DNA of 64,000 nt from Candidatus Beckwithbacteria bacterium. GTDB lineage: Bacteria > Patescibacteriota > Microgenomatia > UBA1400 > UBA1449. Each line of letters starts with the position of its first letter. Position 1 is the stretch's first letter. Below the pieces are notes generated by a model, which made no database searches, was not told the DNA's origin, and was given only the letters and a program-made list of their open reading frames with translations. Location of the stretch: NCBI GenBank assembly GCA_012797845.1, contig JAAZOH010000004.1:1658-65657 (forward strand). The letters run 5' to 3'. Both the position numbers and the translations under genes were made by a program. Below are positions 10,473 through 19,687 of this stretch, one piece after another.

Positions 10473-11954
10473 TTAGACTTTCTCAGTAACACGATACTCA
10501 ATGTAGCGGCCCAACATAAGTCTAGTATGGGCATCAAGACCAGGTAGAGCTGAGAAGAAAAAGCCCACTACTGGCAAAAGAATATATTCAAATGGAGTGA
10601 GTAGTTTTTTCCAGAGCTTAACTTCTTTTTTACCAGGACGTTGGGTAAAATCAACCACAATAATTAAAAGCATTGAAAGCAGAGAAACTGTTAAAATTGC
10701 TGATGAAGTTTGAGGTAGGCTTTTACCTATCACGGTTCTGGCAAAATCTGGATTTAAAAGGGGTGGCAATGTAGCTCCAATAGTGATAGCAAACCAGTTG
10801 ACTGGCCATAAAAAATGATCTTCAACCACTTTTAGCACCCTAATGGTTTTATCCCAAAAAGGAATTTGTTTAGCCTTAAGCCACTGCATAATAATATACG
10901 GATCATCTGAGGTGCCCCAGGCCCAGCGCTTAACTTGCTCATACTGGTTGACCATAGTTTTTTTAAAGTTTCTAGAGTTAGCAGCATCGGCATGGACTGG
11001 TAAGAAAATAGGTTCAACCGAGACTTTACCATCTGTTTTGAAATAGGCTTTGAAAAAGAGTCGGTAATCTTCTGGAATTACATCTGTATCCCAGTAACCA
11101 ATTCGGTCAATTAACTTTAAAGAAGTAGAATAAGTTGAAAAGTTAATTAACCTATCTTTGCGGTTTAGCATGCCAATTTGGACAATGCTGGCATTGGTGG
11201 CAAAAACCCGGATCGGAGCTGGAATATCCCAGATATTGTTGTAGTACAAAATAGCTGGTTGCCAAAAGCGTTCATAACGCTTAGGATCATCGAGAAATTT
11301 ATATGTTAACGTAGCAAAATACTGCTCATTAAAACGAGCGTCAACATCCTCGCTGCTGATGGTGCAATAGTCAATATCAAAACCCTGTTTATCAATAATT
11401 TCTTTCTTGGCAACTTTAGAAGCCCAAGCCATATTGGAAGATTTACCTACCACTTCTCCCTCTAAAACTGGATGAAAAGTACCGATAAAATTAGCAAACT
11501 TTTTACCGTATTTTTGTTTAAGCGTTTTGTATTTTTTTTGGGCTTCAGGTCCTTCCCGCTCTTCAAATCCTAGGACGATATGGATATTTTTAGTCGGAAA
11601 GGTCTGTGCGACCAAGGCATCTAAAGTTCTTTCTAAAATATATTGTGGTTCACAGTAGTTAGGGATAATGACAATGTGCTGAACTTTTTGCCAATCACCA
11701 AAATCTTTAACATCCCGCATCCAATCGTATTTTTGAAAAGCTTTAATTTTAAAATAAGATAAGGTGGCTAAAATACCTAAACTTAGTGAGCGGTATAGCC
11801 AGTATACGTCAAAAGCTAAAATGTAATAAGCTACTGCTACCGGTATTAACAACGATCCCCATATTGGAAATAAAATCAGCGACCAAGAAACAAAACCAGG
11901 GACGATTTCTAAAAAGCGAAGCAAGCGTTGATCTTTTTTAGTCTGAATATCCAT
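10473..11954 (-). CDS. membrane-bound GT2 family glycosyltransferase
   Basis: IIPNY.E, GKSSN, DVD, IPEDY and QVKRWAWG (QxxRW) motifs. Confidence 0.9.
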   Translation of the reverse strand: MDIQTKKDQRLLRFLEIVPGFVSWSLILFPIWGSLLIPVAVAYYILAFDVYWLYRSLSLGILATLSYFKIKAFQKYDWMRDVKDFGDWQKVQHIVIIPNYCEPQYILERTLDALVAQTFPTKNIHIVLGFEEREGPEAQKKYKTLKQKYGKKFANFIGTFHPVLEGEVVGKSSNMAWASKVAKKEIIDKQGFDIDYCTISSEDVDARFNEQYFATLTYKFLDDPKRYERFWQPAILYYNNIWDIPAPIRVFATNASIVQIGMLNRKDRLINFSTYSTSLKLIDRIGYWDTDVIPEDYRLFFKAYFKTDGKVSVEPIFLPVHADAANSRNFKKTMVNQYEQVKRWAWGTSDDPYIIMQWLKAKQIPFWDKTIRVLKVVEDHFLWPVNWFAITIGATLPPLLNPDFARTVIGKSLPQTSSAILTVSLLSMLLIIVVDFTQRPGKKEVKLWKKLLTPFEYILLPVVGFFFSALPGLDAHTRLMLGRYIEYRVTEKV

Positions 11955-11975
11955 ATACGGGTTTAGTATTAGTAT

Positions 11976-12758
11976 CTAGTATTTGCCCTCCAGAGAAAAG
12001 AGCAGGTTTACATTTTGGGTTGTTTGAGCAGCTACTTCTTCCAAGCTAAGCTGTTTTAATTCGGCCAGTTTTTGGGCTGTATAAATTAGGTTAGCGGGCT
12101 CATTAGGATAGCGTTTTTCTTGCCTAACAGGTTCTGGTACTAGGTACGGGCTGTCAGTTTCTAAGACAATGCGGTCTAGAGGAATAGTTTTTACCACTTC
12201 CTGTAGCCCTGTTTCATAGGTTAGTAAACCACCAATTCCTAAATAAAAACCCATTTCTAAAGCTCTTTTAGCAAATTTTTTACTACCTGTAAAGCAATGT
12301 AAAACTCCAGGTGCTATTTGTAAGTTGGCAGCTTCAACAAGATCTAAAATTTCATTACTGGCTTTACGGTTATGAATTACTAAAGGTAGCTGGTATTGTT
12401 TGGCCCATTCTAAATGCTGTTTAAATAATTGAAGTTGAGCTTCCTGTTGGTTTTTCGCTTGAGCATCGGCAAAATCTAGGCCAGTTTCACCGATTGCTAC
12501 CACTTGTTTCCCTTTCTCTGCTAACAATTTTTCTATTGCTTTAGCCTGTGAAGGCCAGTCTCTAGCTGCTTCTTCCGGATATATCCCTAAAGCTACGTAA
12601 ATACCGACATGTTTTTTAGCCAGATTTAAGACTTTTTCAGCTGACTCGGCATTAACGGTCGGATTAACGATTATCTCTATTCCTGAAGTCTTAGCTTGGG
12701 CTATGGCTTCATCAGGATTATCTAAATATTCAAGATGACAATGGGAATCGATTAACAT
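11976..12758 (-). CDS. tatD: TatD family hydrolase
   Basis: IDSHCHL, AIGETGLD, IHNR, LHCF and LETDSPY motifs. Confidence 0.95.
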   Translation of the reverse strand: MLIDSHCHLEYLDNPDEAIAQAKTSGIEIIVNPTVNAESAEKVLNLAKKHVGIYVALGIYPEEAARDWPSQAKAIEKLLAEKGKQVVAIGETGLDFADAQAKNQQEAQLQLFKQHLEWAKQYQLPLVIHNRKASNEILDLVEAANLQIAPGVLHCFTGSKKFAKRALEMGFYLGIGGLLTYETGLQEVVKTIPLDRIVLETDSPYLVPEPVRQEKRYPNEPANLIYTAQKLAELKQLSLEEVAAQTTQNVNLLFSLEGKY

Positions 12759-12788
12759 AACTAAAAACTTAGAACTAAAAAGTAAAAA

Positions 12789-14204
12789 TTATATTCTAGG
12801 AAAAAGTGGCTTGGTTGGTGGTGTTACCTTATTACTAAAAACTTCTAGGATTGTTTCTGAAGTCTGAGGTAAAAAGGGTTGTAAATTATAAGCAATAGCT
12901 TTGACCTCTTGAGATAAATGAGTCAAAACTTCTTGTGCTTTGTTACCAGATAAGCTCCATGGTTGGGTTTTATTGATTGCCTGGTCAGTTTCCTGAATTT
13001 TTTTCCAGACAGCCTCAATACTTAGGTGAAATTCAAACTTATCTAGATGCTTAGCCATAGTTTTATCAAAACCAGCTTCTTTTTCCTCAGAAACAAATAG
13101 GTTATTTTTAGCAGCCATGGTAGCTACCCGCTGGACCAGATTGCCTAGACCATTAGCCAAATCTGCATTATAAATTTCCTCAAAACGCTCATAGGAAAAG
13201 TCGCCGTCTTTAAAGGGGTGAATTTCTTTAAGTAAATAGTAACGGGTAGCATCAGCACCATACTTGGCAACTACTTCATATGGGTCAATGACATTACCTA
13301 AGCTTTTGCTCATTTTTTGTCCGCCAGAGGTAATAAAACCATGAATCAAGATTTGAGTGGAATTTGGTAAACCAGCCGATAAAAGCATAGCTTGCCACAT
13401 GGCACTTTGCTGACGCAAGTTATCTTTACCAGCCAGTTGCATTCCAGGCCAAAACTTTTCAAATGTTTCCTGGTCTTGAGGCCAGCCTAGAGTGGAAATG
13501 TAATTGATCAAAGCATCAAACCAAACGTACATGACATGATTGGGATCATTTGGTACCGCAATACCCCAAGGCATTTTAGTTTTAAGCCGGGAAATACTAA
13601 AATCCTGCAAGCCAGCTTCGACAAATTTAACTATCTCTTTTTGACGCCAGGAAGGAAGAATAAAATGTGGGTTATCCTGATACAGTTTCAGTAGTGATTG
13701 CTGATATTTAGAAAAGCGAAAAAAGTAATTTTCTTCTTCTCTAGTTTCCAGCTCTAAAGTTGGATGTAAAGGGCACTTACCGTTTTCCAGCTCGCTATCT
13801 TGTTTTTCCAGCTCGCAACCGACACAATATTTGATTTTGTACTTAGCTTTATAAATATCACCATTTTCTTGACATTTTAACCAAAACTCTTGAGCGGCTT
13901 TAATATGATGGGGATTAGTAGTTCTTATAAAAGCATCGTAGCTTAGGTTCAAGGCCTTTTTTAGGTTATCAAACTTTTGAGCGTATTCATCACAGTAAGC
14001 TTGAGGGTCTTTATCTTGCTCTAAGCTTTTTTGATAGATTTTTTGACCATGTTCATCAGTGCCAGTATTGAAAAAAACTTCATTACCTAAAAGTCGTTGG
14101 TAGCGGGCAATAGTATCAGCCTGGACAATTTCCAAAGCAAAGCCAATGTGTGGGTCAGCGTTAACGTAAGGGAGCGTAGTAGTAAGATAAAATGGTTTTT
14201 TCAC
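12789..14204 (-). CDS. metG: methionyl-tRNA synthetase (short form)
   Basis: YVNADPHIG, GTDEHG, YVWFDAL and KMSKS motifs. GTG start. Confidence 0.97.
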   Translation of the reverse strand: MKKPFYLTTTLPYVNADPHIGFALEIVQADTIARYQRLLGNEVFFNTGTDEHGQKIYQKSLEQDKDPQAYCDEYAQKFDNLKKALNLSYDAFIRTTNPHHIKAAQEFWLKCQENGDIYKAKYKIKYCVGCELEKQDSELENGKCPLHPTLELETREEENYFFRFSKYQQSLLKLYQDNPHFILPSWRQKEIVKFVEAGLQDFSISRLKTKMPWGIAVPNDPNHVMYVWFDALINYISTLGWPQDQETFEKFWPGMQLAGKDNLRQQSAMWQAMLLSAGLPNSTQILIHGFITSGGQKMSKSLGNVIDPYEVVAKYGADATRYYLLKEIHPFKDGDFSYERFEEIYNADLANGLGNLVQRVATMAAKNNLFVSEEKEAGFDKTMAKHLDKFEFHLSIEAVWKKIQETDQAINKTQPWSLSGNKAQEVLTHLSQEVKAIAYNLQPFLPQTSETILEVFSNKVTPPTKPLFPRI

Positions 14205-14272
14205 GATAACCGTATTGTAACAGATATGTAGGCAAGTTATAATCGTTCTTTGTTGTTATAAAAAACTACCTG

Positions 14273-14336
14273 TGTCATTTCAATTGGAGCAGAAAAATCT
14301 TACAAAAAGATCTTTCAACTTTTGTTTAAGATGACA
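14273..14336. repeat. degenerate full TGTCAT...ATGACA palindromic element
   Basis: TGTCATTTCAATTGGAGCAGAAAAATCT-tacaaaa-AGATCTTTCAACTTTTGTTTAAGATGACA has the same ends and ATCT/AGAT inner boundaries as the copies at 46.2-46.8 kb. Confidence 0.7.
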
Positions 14337-14343
14337 ACTACTA

Positions 14344-15126
14344 ATGGCTACTTTTCTTCACTTGATTACTGATTATGGTACTGGTGATCCAGCCTTTGCC
14401 GAAGTTGAGCAACGTTTACTTAGTCTTAATCCTGATTTTTATCTTATTAAAACCTCGGTACCATCTTTTAACACCATTGCTACTGGTTTTTGGATCAATC
14501 AATTTGCTTTAGGTGATCATCCACAAAATATGATGATCTATTCCAATACGGCTCCAAGGAAAGATGATACTAAAAAACGTAAAGAAAATGCTGGGGAACA
14601 TTTTATTTATGCTCAGCTTAAGAATGGTATGGAAATATGTGCGGTCAATGCTGGCTACTGTTTTTCCTTTATTAAACCCCATATTAAAAGTTTACATGCA
14701 CTTAATGTAGCCAATCATGGTTCACAGTTTCGGTCTCGGGATTTTTACCCAGAAGCTGTAGCGGCAATTGCTAAAGGCGATACCAAACTGATTGGTCACA
14801 AAATGGATATTGCAAACATTCCGAACGAACCTAAAAACCGGATTGCTTGGGTGGATGGCTATGGCAACATCAAAACAACTATCCGTAAATCTCAGGTTAC
14901 TTTTAAAGAAGGGGCTAAAGTCCAGATTATTGTCGATGGCGTAGTTCGGACAGCTTTGGTAACTGGGGGTATTTTCTCAGTAGCTGAGGGAGAACTGGCT
15001 TTTTCTCAAGGCAGTTCTGGTCACGACGATCCTTTTATGGAGATTTTCCTGCGAGGTGGCAATACCTACCGCCATTTCAATAAACCCAGTGTACACGCTG
15101 AAATTGAATTGCGGGAAATTCAATAA
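14344..15126 (+). CDS. SAM hydroxide adenosyltransferase / chlorinase-fluorinase-like (DUF62) protein
   Basis: LITDYG, SQFRSRDFY, WVDGYGNIKT and FMEIFLRGG motifs. Confidence 0.8.
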   Translation: MATFLHLITDYGTGDPAFAEVEQRLLSLNPDFYLIKTSVPSFNTIATGFWINQFALGDHPQNMMIYSNTAPRKDDTKKRKENAGEHFIYAQLKNGMEICAVNAGYCFSFIKPHIKSLHALNVANHGSQFRSRDFYPEAVAAIAKGDTKLIGHKMDIANIPNEPKNRIAWVDGYGNIKTTIRKSQVTFKEGAKVQIIVDGVVRTALVTGGIFSVAEGELAFSQGSSGHDDPFMEIFLRGGNTYRHFNKPSVHAEIELREIQ

Positions 15127-15127
15127 A

Positions 15128-16507
15128 CTATTGGTGAACAGCAATAACTTTTATTTTGCAAAATTCTTGCATCCCAATTTTGCCATACTCTTTACCCATA
15201 CCACTTTGTTTAAAACCACCAAAAGGACACTCTGGTTTGAAAAAATCATCAGTATTAATGGCCACTGTACCGGCTTCAAGCTGAGCAGCCACTCGCTCAG
15301 CTTTAAGCAAATCTTTAGTATAAACCTCAGCGCTTAGGCCATATTCAGTTTGATTAGCCAATTTAATTACTTCTTCTTCGGTTGAAAAAGGAATGATGGG
15401 CAAAACTGGTCCAAAAACCTCCTCGGTCATCAATCTCATAGTAGGTTTAATCTTACTTACAATAGTTGGCTCAAAATAATTACCTTTGGCAATTTTTTGA
15501 TCTTTTGGCTGCTTTCCCCCGGTTACAATTTTGGCGCCTTTTTTATTGGCGTCGGCCAATTGATCTTTTAAAAGTTGCAGTTGTTTGATAGAAACAAGCG
15601 GGCCAATATCAGTTTTTTTATCTAGAGGATTGCCAATCTGAACAGTCTGTAATTTTTTGACAAATAAATTTACCACTTGAGGATAAATTGATTTTTCAAC
15701 GAAAAGACGTTTGATGGCAGTGCATACTTGACCACAATTTAAATAGCGAGCCCAATATAAATTATCCATAGCGTGATCTAAATCGGCATCAGCAAAAATA
15801 ATAGCCGGACTACTACCGCCCAGTTCCAGTAAAGCTTTGATAAATTTTTTACCAGCTTTTTCATAAATTTGCCGGCCTACTTTTGTACTACCCGTAAACC
15901 AAACCAGATCAATATCAGCATCAACTAAAGCTTGACCAACTGTACCATCACCAATTAAAAGATTAGCTACTCCTTCAGGTAAACCACTTTGATTGAGTAA
16001 ATCAACATTTAATTTTTGAGTTAGGCTCGTATATTCAGAAGGCTTAATGATAGTAGTATTGCCAGCAAGCAGAGCCGGAATTAAACCCGAGTTAACCATG
16101 GAAATAGGAAAATTCCAGGGAGCGATGCAAGCACAAACTCCATACGGTTCAAAAACCATTCTGAAATGATCCGGACCTTTTTTATAAACAGTCTCGTCAG
16201 CCAGAGCTTTAGGAGCAGTTGTAGTATAGTAGTCAAGGAATTCTAGTTCCCAAGTAACATCATCACGTGATTGTTGTATGGGTTTACCCATTTCCAGAGT
16301 TGTCAGCTTGGCAATTTTTTCTACGTTTTTTTCTAAAATTTTTCGGTATTTTTTGATATAACTAATTCGTTTTTCTAAAGGAACTTGTTGCCAAGTTTGA
16401 AAAGCCGCTTTAGCTTTTTTAATGGTTTTGTTAATTTCTATTTGTGATGAAAAAGGCAAACTGCCAACAACTGATTGATCATGAGGATTGATAGATTTTA
16501 AGATCAT
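15128..16507 (-). CDS. NAD(P)-dependent aldehyde dehydrogenase
   Basis: PWNFP, KPSE, FTGS, LELGG, GQVCTA, EEVFGP and FGGFKQSG motifs. Likely start is MILKSINP. Confidence 0.95.
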   Translation of the reverse strand: MILKSINPHDQSVVGSLPFSSQIEINKTIKKAKAAFQTWQQVPLEKRISYIKKYRKILEKNVEKIAKLTTLEMGKPIQQSRDDVTWELEFLDYYTTTAPKALADETVYKKGPDHFRMVFEPYGVCACIAPWNFPISMVNSGLIPALLAGNTTIIKPSEYTSLTQKLNVDLLNQSGLPEGVANLLIGDGTVGQALVDADIDLVWFTGSTKVGRQIYEKAGKKFIKALLELGGSSPAIIFADADLDHAMDNLYWARYLNCGQVCTAIKRLFVEKSIYPQVVNLFVKKLQTVQIGNPLDKKTDIGPLVSIKQLQLLKDQLADANKKGAKIVTGGKQPKDQKIAKGNYFEPTIVSKIKPTMRLMTEEVFGPVLPIIPFSTEEEVIKLANQTEYGLSAEVYTKDLLKAERVAAQLEAGTVAINTDDFFKPECPFGGFKQSGMGKEYGKIGMQEFCKIKVIAVHQ

Positions 16508-16508
16508 A

Positions 16509-16811
16509 TTATTTATCCTTTCCTTTATTACGATAGATAAAAATTTGGCCAATAATAATGGCAGTGGTAATAATTCCTAAACCCTGTCCAAGAACAAGAA
16601 CTACATCTTTTTGTAAAATGCCGTGAATAGTCCACAAACAATAGGCAACAAAAGAAAGAATCATGAAGGTACTAGATAAACCTTTGGTGGATTTGCGATG
16701 GTAGTTTTTTCTGATTTGGTCTGGGAGACCAATGATTTTAACGAGAATTCCAATTATTAAAGTTAAAAAGCCTATTATTCCGGCAAAAGTTATTGATTGT
16801 AACAAAACCAT
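16509..16811 (-). CDS. SemiSWEET/PQ-loop-like small transporter
   Basis: 3 TM helices with the LPDQIRKNY.RKST.GLS...LW.IHG pattern. Confidence 0.7.
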   Translation of the reverse strand: MVLLQSITFAGIIGFLTLIIGILVKIIGLPDQIRKNYHRKSTKGLSSTFMILSFVAYCLWTIHGILQKDVVLVLGQGLGIITTAIIIGQIFIYRNKGKDK

Positions 16812-17005
16812 ACTTTCATTGTATACCATTGCTGTTTATTAGACTTATTACAAAATGAGCAAATATACCCAAACTTGTCTTTTTGTCAATTTTCGTCGTC
16901 ACTCAACACCTCAGGTACGGTTAGTACCATCAGTATTGAGTTCCTTGAAAATTGGCCAAAAATCCTACGTTTTGCTAACATTTTTTATTTTGCAATAAGT
17001 CTAAC

Positions 17006-17365
17006 TTACTTACCAAACCAGCCAGTGATTTTATCAGCCCACTTACTGGCCCATTCTTCAGCTTTAATGTAGGTGAGAGCTAGGGTAAAACCAGGCCGTT
17101 TTTCTTCAATAGCTTTTTGAACACTAGCAATAGTGGCTGAAGAAACTTTAACTTCTTTTTTGATGTCTTCGTAAGATTTACCTTTATTAAGATAAATGAT
17201 AATAGCCAAGCGTTTTGCTAAAGCAATATGCTCGGTTTCGGTTAAGAAATCATTTAAAAAAGTTTGAGCCTTATCTTTTTTAGTAATATCAGCAATGAGT
17301 TGAGCGAAAATTTCTTTGAGTTGACTTTCAAATTTTGGATCAAGCTGACGTTTGCTTATTTGCAT
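17006..17365 (-). CDS. Trp-repressor-like (YerC/YecD) HTH protein
   Basis: FLNDFLTETE...LAKRL...SYEDI.....VSSATI pattern. Confidence 0.85.
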   Translation of the reverse strand: MQISKRQLDPKFESQLKEIFAQLIADITKKDKAQTFLNDFLTETEHIALAKRLAIIIYLNKGKSYEDIKKEVKVSSATIASVQKAIEEKRPGFTLALTYIKAEEWASKWADKITGWFGK

Positions 17366-17771
17366 GTTCTGGGTCCGGAACAGGAGGACTTTGATTATTT
17401 AAATTCTTGCTTTGTAGCTTAACATTAGTTTCTGAAGCTGTAAAGAAATAAATCAAAGCAATTACTAGTCCGACGATAAATAGGGGGTTTATCCAATCTC
17501 GAAAACCAAACAAGCGAAGAACTAAAATAGCAACTAGCCCCAAAGAAGGTAATAGTAAAAAAACCATTTTAGATATAAAAATATTAATAGTTAAACTCAG
17601 AGAAGCAACCAGTAATATAAAAAAAGGAGCATAGTAATAATCAACCCAGGTTTTTGGCTCCACAAAAAGGACTACGTAACCAAAAATCAACCAAGCAGCA
17701 ATAGCTAAAATTAATTTAGTAATGAGGGATTTCTTCGAGCTGGTGCGGTACTTAGTTTTTTTTCGAGGCAT
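17340..17771 (-). CDS. hypothetical membrane protein
   Basis: Basic N-terminus MPRKK followed by 4 TM helices. Confidence 0.6.
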   Translation of the reverse strand: MPRKKTKYRTSSKKSLITKLILAIAAWLIFGYVVLFVEPKTWVDYYYAPFFILLVASLSLTINIFISKMVFLLLPSLGLVAILVLRLFGFRDWINPLFIVGLVIALIYFFTASETNVKLQSKNLNNQSPPVPDPEHANKQTSA

Positions 17772-17822
17772 TACGTCTATTGTACACAAGAATTAGTAAT
17801 TTGGTGGTAGAATGGTTAGGCT

Positions 17823-18806
17823 ATGGTGAGTACTGAATTTATCATTTTTGCTGCTCTAATTATTCTTTTACTAGTAGCCTTTTTATTTATTATTTTGTCT
17901 CAAATAAAAAAGCTGCAAAAAAGTACTTCATCTGATCAAACGCTCATTCAATGGTTGCAATCCATGCAACAGTCTCTTAATCAAAATAATAAAAATATTA
18001 ACGACACTTTGGCCCAAACTACAGCTACCATTAATCGGCGTTTAGATAATACGATTGGTGTCATGACCGAAGCGTCTAGAGAAGTAGCGCGAATGAATGA
18101 GCTAGGCCAATCAATTAAAGATTTACAACTATTACTCCAATCACCTAAATTGCGAGGTGGTATTGGTGAGGAAGTGCTGGCTGATATGCTGGCTCAAATT
18201 TTCCCCAAAGGCAGTTTTTTTCTCCAGCACGGCTTTAAATCTGGAGCCAAAGTGGATGCAGCTATCAAAACTACGGCCGGTCTCTTATGCATTGATGCCA
18301 AATTTCCCATGGAAAATTTCCAAAAAAAGGTCAAAGCTGATACTGCTAAAGAGCGGGAGCAATTTGGTAAATTATTTACAGCCGATGTCAAAAAACATGT
18401 CAAAGATATTGCCAGTAAATATATTTTGGCAGATGAAGGGACAGTAGATTTTGCTTTTATGTATGTGCCCTCAGAAACTATTTTTTACGAAATTGCTAAT
18501 ACACCGGAAATTTTAGACTTTGCCAAAAGAAACCGGGTTTATCCGGTTTCGCCCAATACCCTATATTTGCATTTACAAACTATTTTACTGTCATTTGAGG
18601 GCCAGAAAATTGAAGCCAGGGCTAAGCAAATTATGAGCCTGCTTAAAACTTTGCAAACTGATTATGGCAAGCTTGATGATAATTTGCAGATTTTAGGTAA
18701 GCACTTAAATAACGCTTCCAACCAATACGTCAATACTTCGCAACAATTTGGGCGTTTGGGTCAAAAGCTCAATCAGAGTGAATTACTGGAGGGTGGAGAA
18801 AAATAA
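17823..18806 (+). CDS. rmuC: DNA recombination protein RmuC
   Basis: N-terminal TM, coiled coil, and RG.IGE, IDAKFP, GTVDFAFMYVPSE and VSPNTL motifs. Confidence 0.93.
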   Translation: MVSTEFIIFAALIILLLVAFLFIILSQIKKLQKSTSSDQTLIQWLQSMQQSLNQNNKNINDTLAQTTATINRRLDNTIGVMTEASREVARMNELGQSIKDLQLLLQSPKLRGGIGEEVLADMLAQIFPKGSFFLQHGFKSGAKVDAAIKTTAGLLCIDAKFPMENFQKKVKADTAKEREQFGKLFTADVKKHVKDIASKYILADEGTVDFAFMYVPSETIFYEIANTPEILDFAKRNRVYPVSPNTLYLHLQTILLSFEGQKIEARAKQIMSLLKTLQTDYGKLDDNLQILGKHLNNASNQYVNTSQQFGRLGQKLNQSELLEGGEK

Positions 18807-18808
18807 TT

Positions 18809-19171
18809 ATGAAAACAGTATTTTTATGCACGCCTCATAAATTAGGTCAACTTAATTTTGACTTGATTAAACGAATTGAAAAATTAGGCTTTAAAGTTTT
18901 ATGTGCTGTAACTCATAGTCCACAAAATGTTAGTTATCAACAAATGTTTCAGACTAACGTTAATCTCATCAAGCAAGCTGATATTTTTGTAGTGGTTTTG
19001 AAAGATTATGGTAAAGATCTGACGGCTGAAGTAGGAATGGCTTATGCCTGGCAAATCCCCAGTATAGGAATTGATTACAATGCTGATAAAACTGATGTAA
19101 TGAGCTATTATGCCTTGGATGAAATCATTAAACTAGAAGATTTAGAAAAGACTTTAGAAAAATATCGATAG
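18809..19171 (+). CDS. nucleoside 2-deoxyribosyltransferase-like protein
   Basis: IKQADIFVV...DLTAEVGMAYA pattern. Confidence 0.65.
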   Translation: MKTVFLCTPHKLGQLNFDLIKRIEKLGFKVLCAVTHSPQNVSYQQMFQTNVNLIKQADIFVVVLKDYGKDLTAEVGMAYAWQIPSIGIDYNADKTDVMSYYALDEIIKLEDLEKTLEKYR

Positions 19172-19173
19172 CA

Positions 19174-19200
19174 TGTCATTCTGAACTTGTTTCGGAATCC
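19174..19200 (+). repeat. single arm of the TGTCAT palindromic family
   Basis: TGTC-ATTCTGAAC-TTG-TTTCGGAAT-CC. Confidence 0.7.
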
Positions 19201-19212
19201 CAGTATTTAGAA

Positions 19213-19686
19213 ATGAATTATTGGAAAATTCCACCAAAAATAAAAATCTATGAAGCCATAGGCTGCATTGCTGATAAGAGAATTAAAATAACACAAGATA
19301 AAAAATCAGCTATAGTCAAGTCTTCTAGTGGCAATAAAAAATACCAAGTGTTTTACAAAAAAGAGAAACAGGAAATTCTGGCGAATGACAATGGATCATA
19401 TTGGCAAGGCTATCTAGGTTATCCAGCAATTGCTTTTTTGATAGAAATTGGCAAAATTGAGTATGACCAGAGCGTTAATAAATTTCTTAATAATTTAGCT
19501 TGGAAAGATATAAATGTTAAGTTTAAAAATGATTATCATAAAACTATTAGGTATGTTTTGACAAAAAATACCAATGAGGAAGATAAAGAAAAGCTTATTA
19601 ATGAGATTAATGGAATTTATAACCAGCTTAAGAATTTAAAACTTAAGAAACTTGAGAAAAATATTAAACCGCCAGTTGGTTACTAA
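19213..19686 (+). CDS. hypothetical protein (AT-rich)
   Basis: 157-aa ORF containing NDNGSYWQGYLGYPAIAFL. No function recognised. Confidence 0.65.
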   Translation: MNYWKIPPKIKIYEAIGCIADKRIKITQDKKSAIVKSSSGNKKYQVFYKKEKQEILANDNGSYWQGYLGYPAIAFLIEIGKIEYDQSVNKFLNNLAWKDINVKFKNDYHKTIRYVLTKNTNEEDKEKLINEINGIYNQLKNLKLKKLEKNIKPPVGY

Positions 19687-19687
19687 T

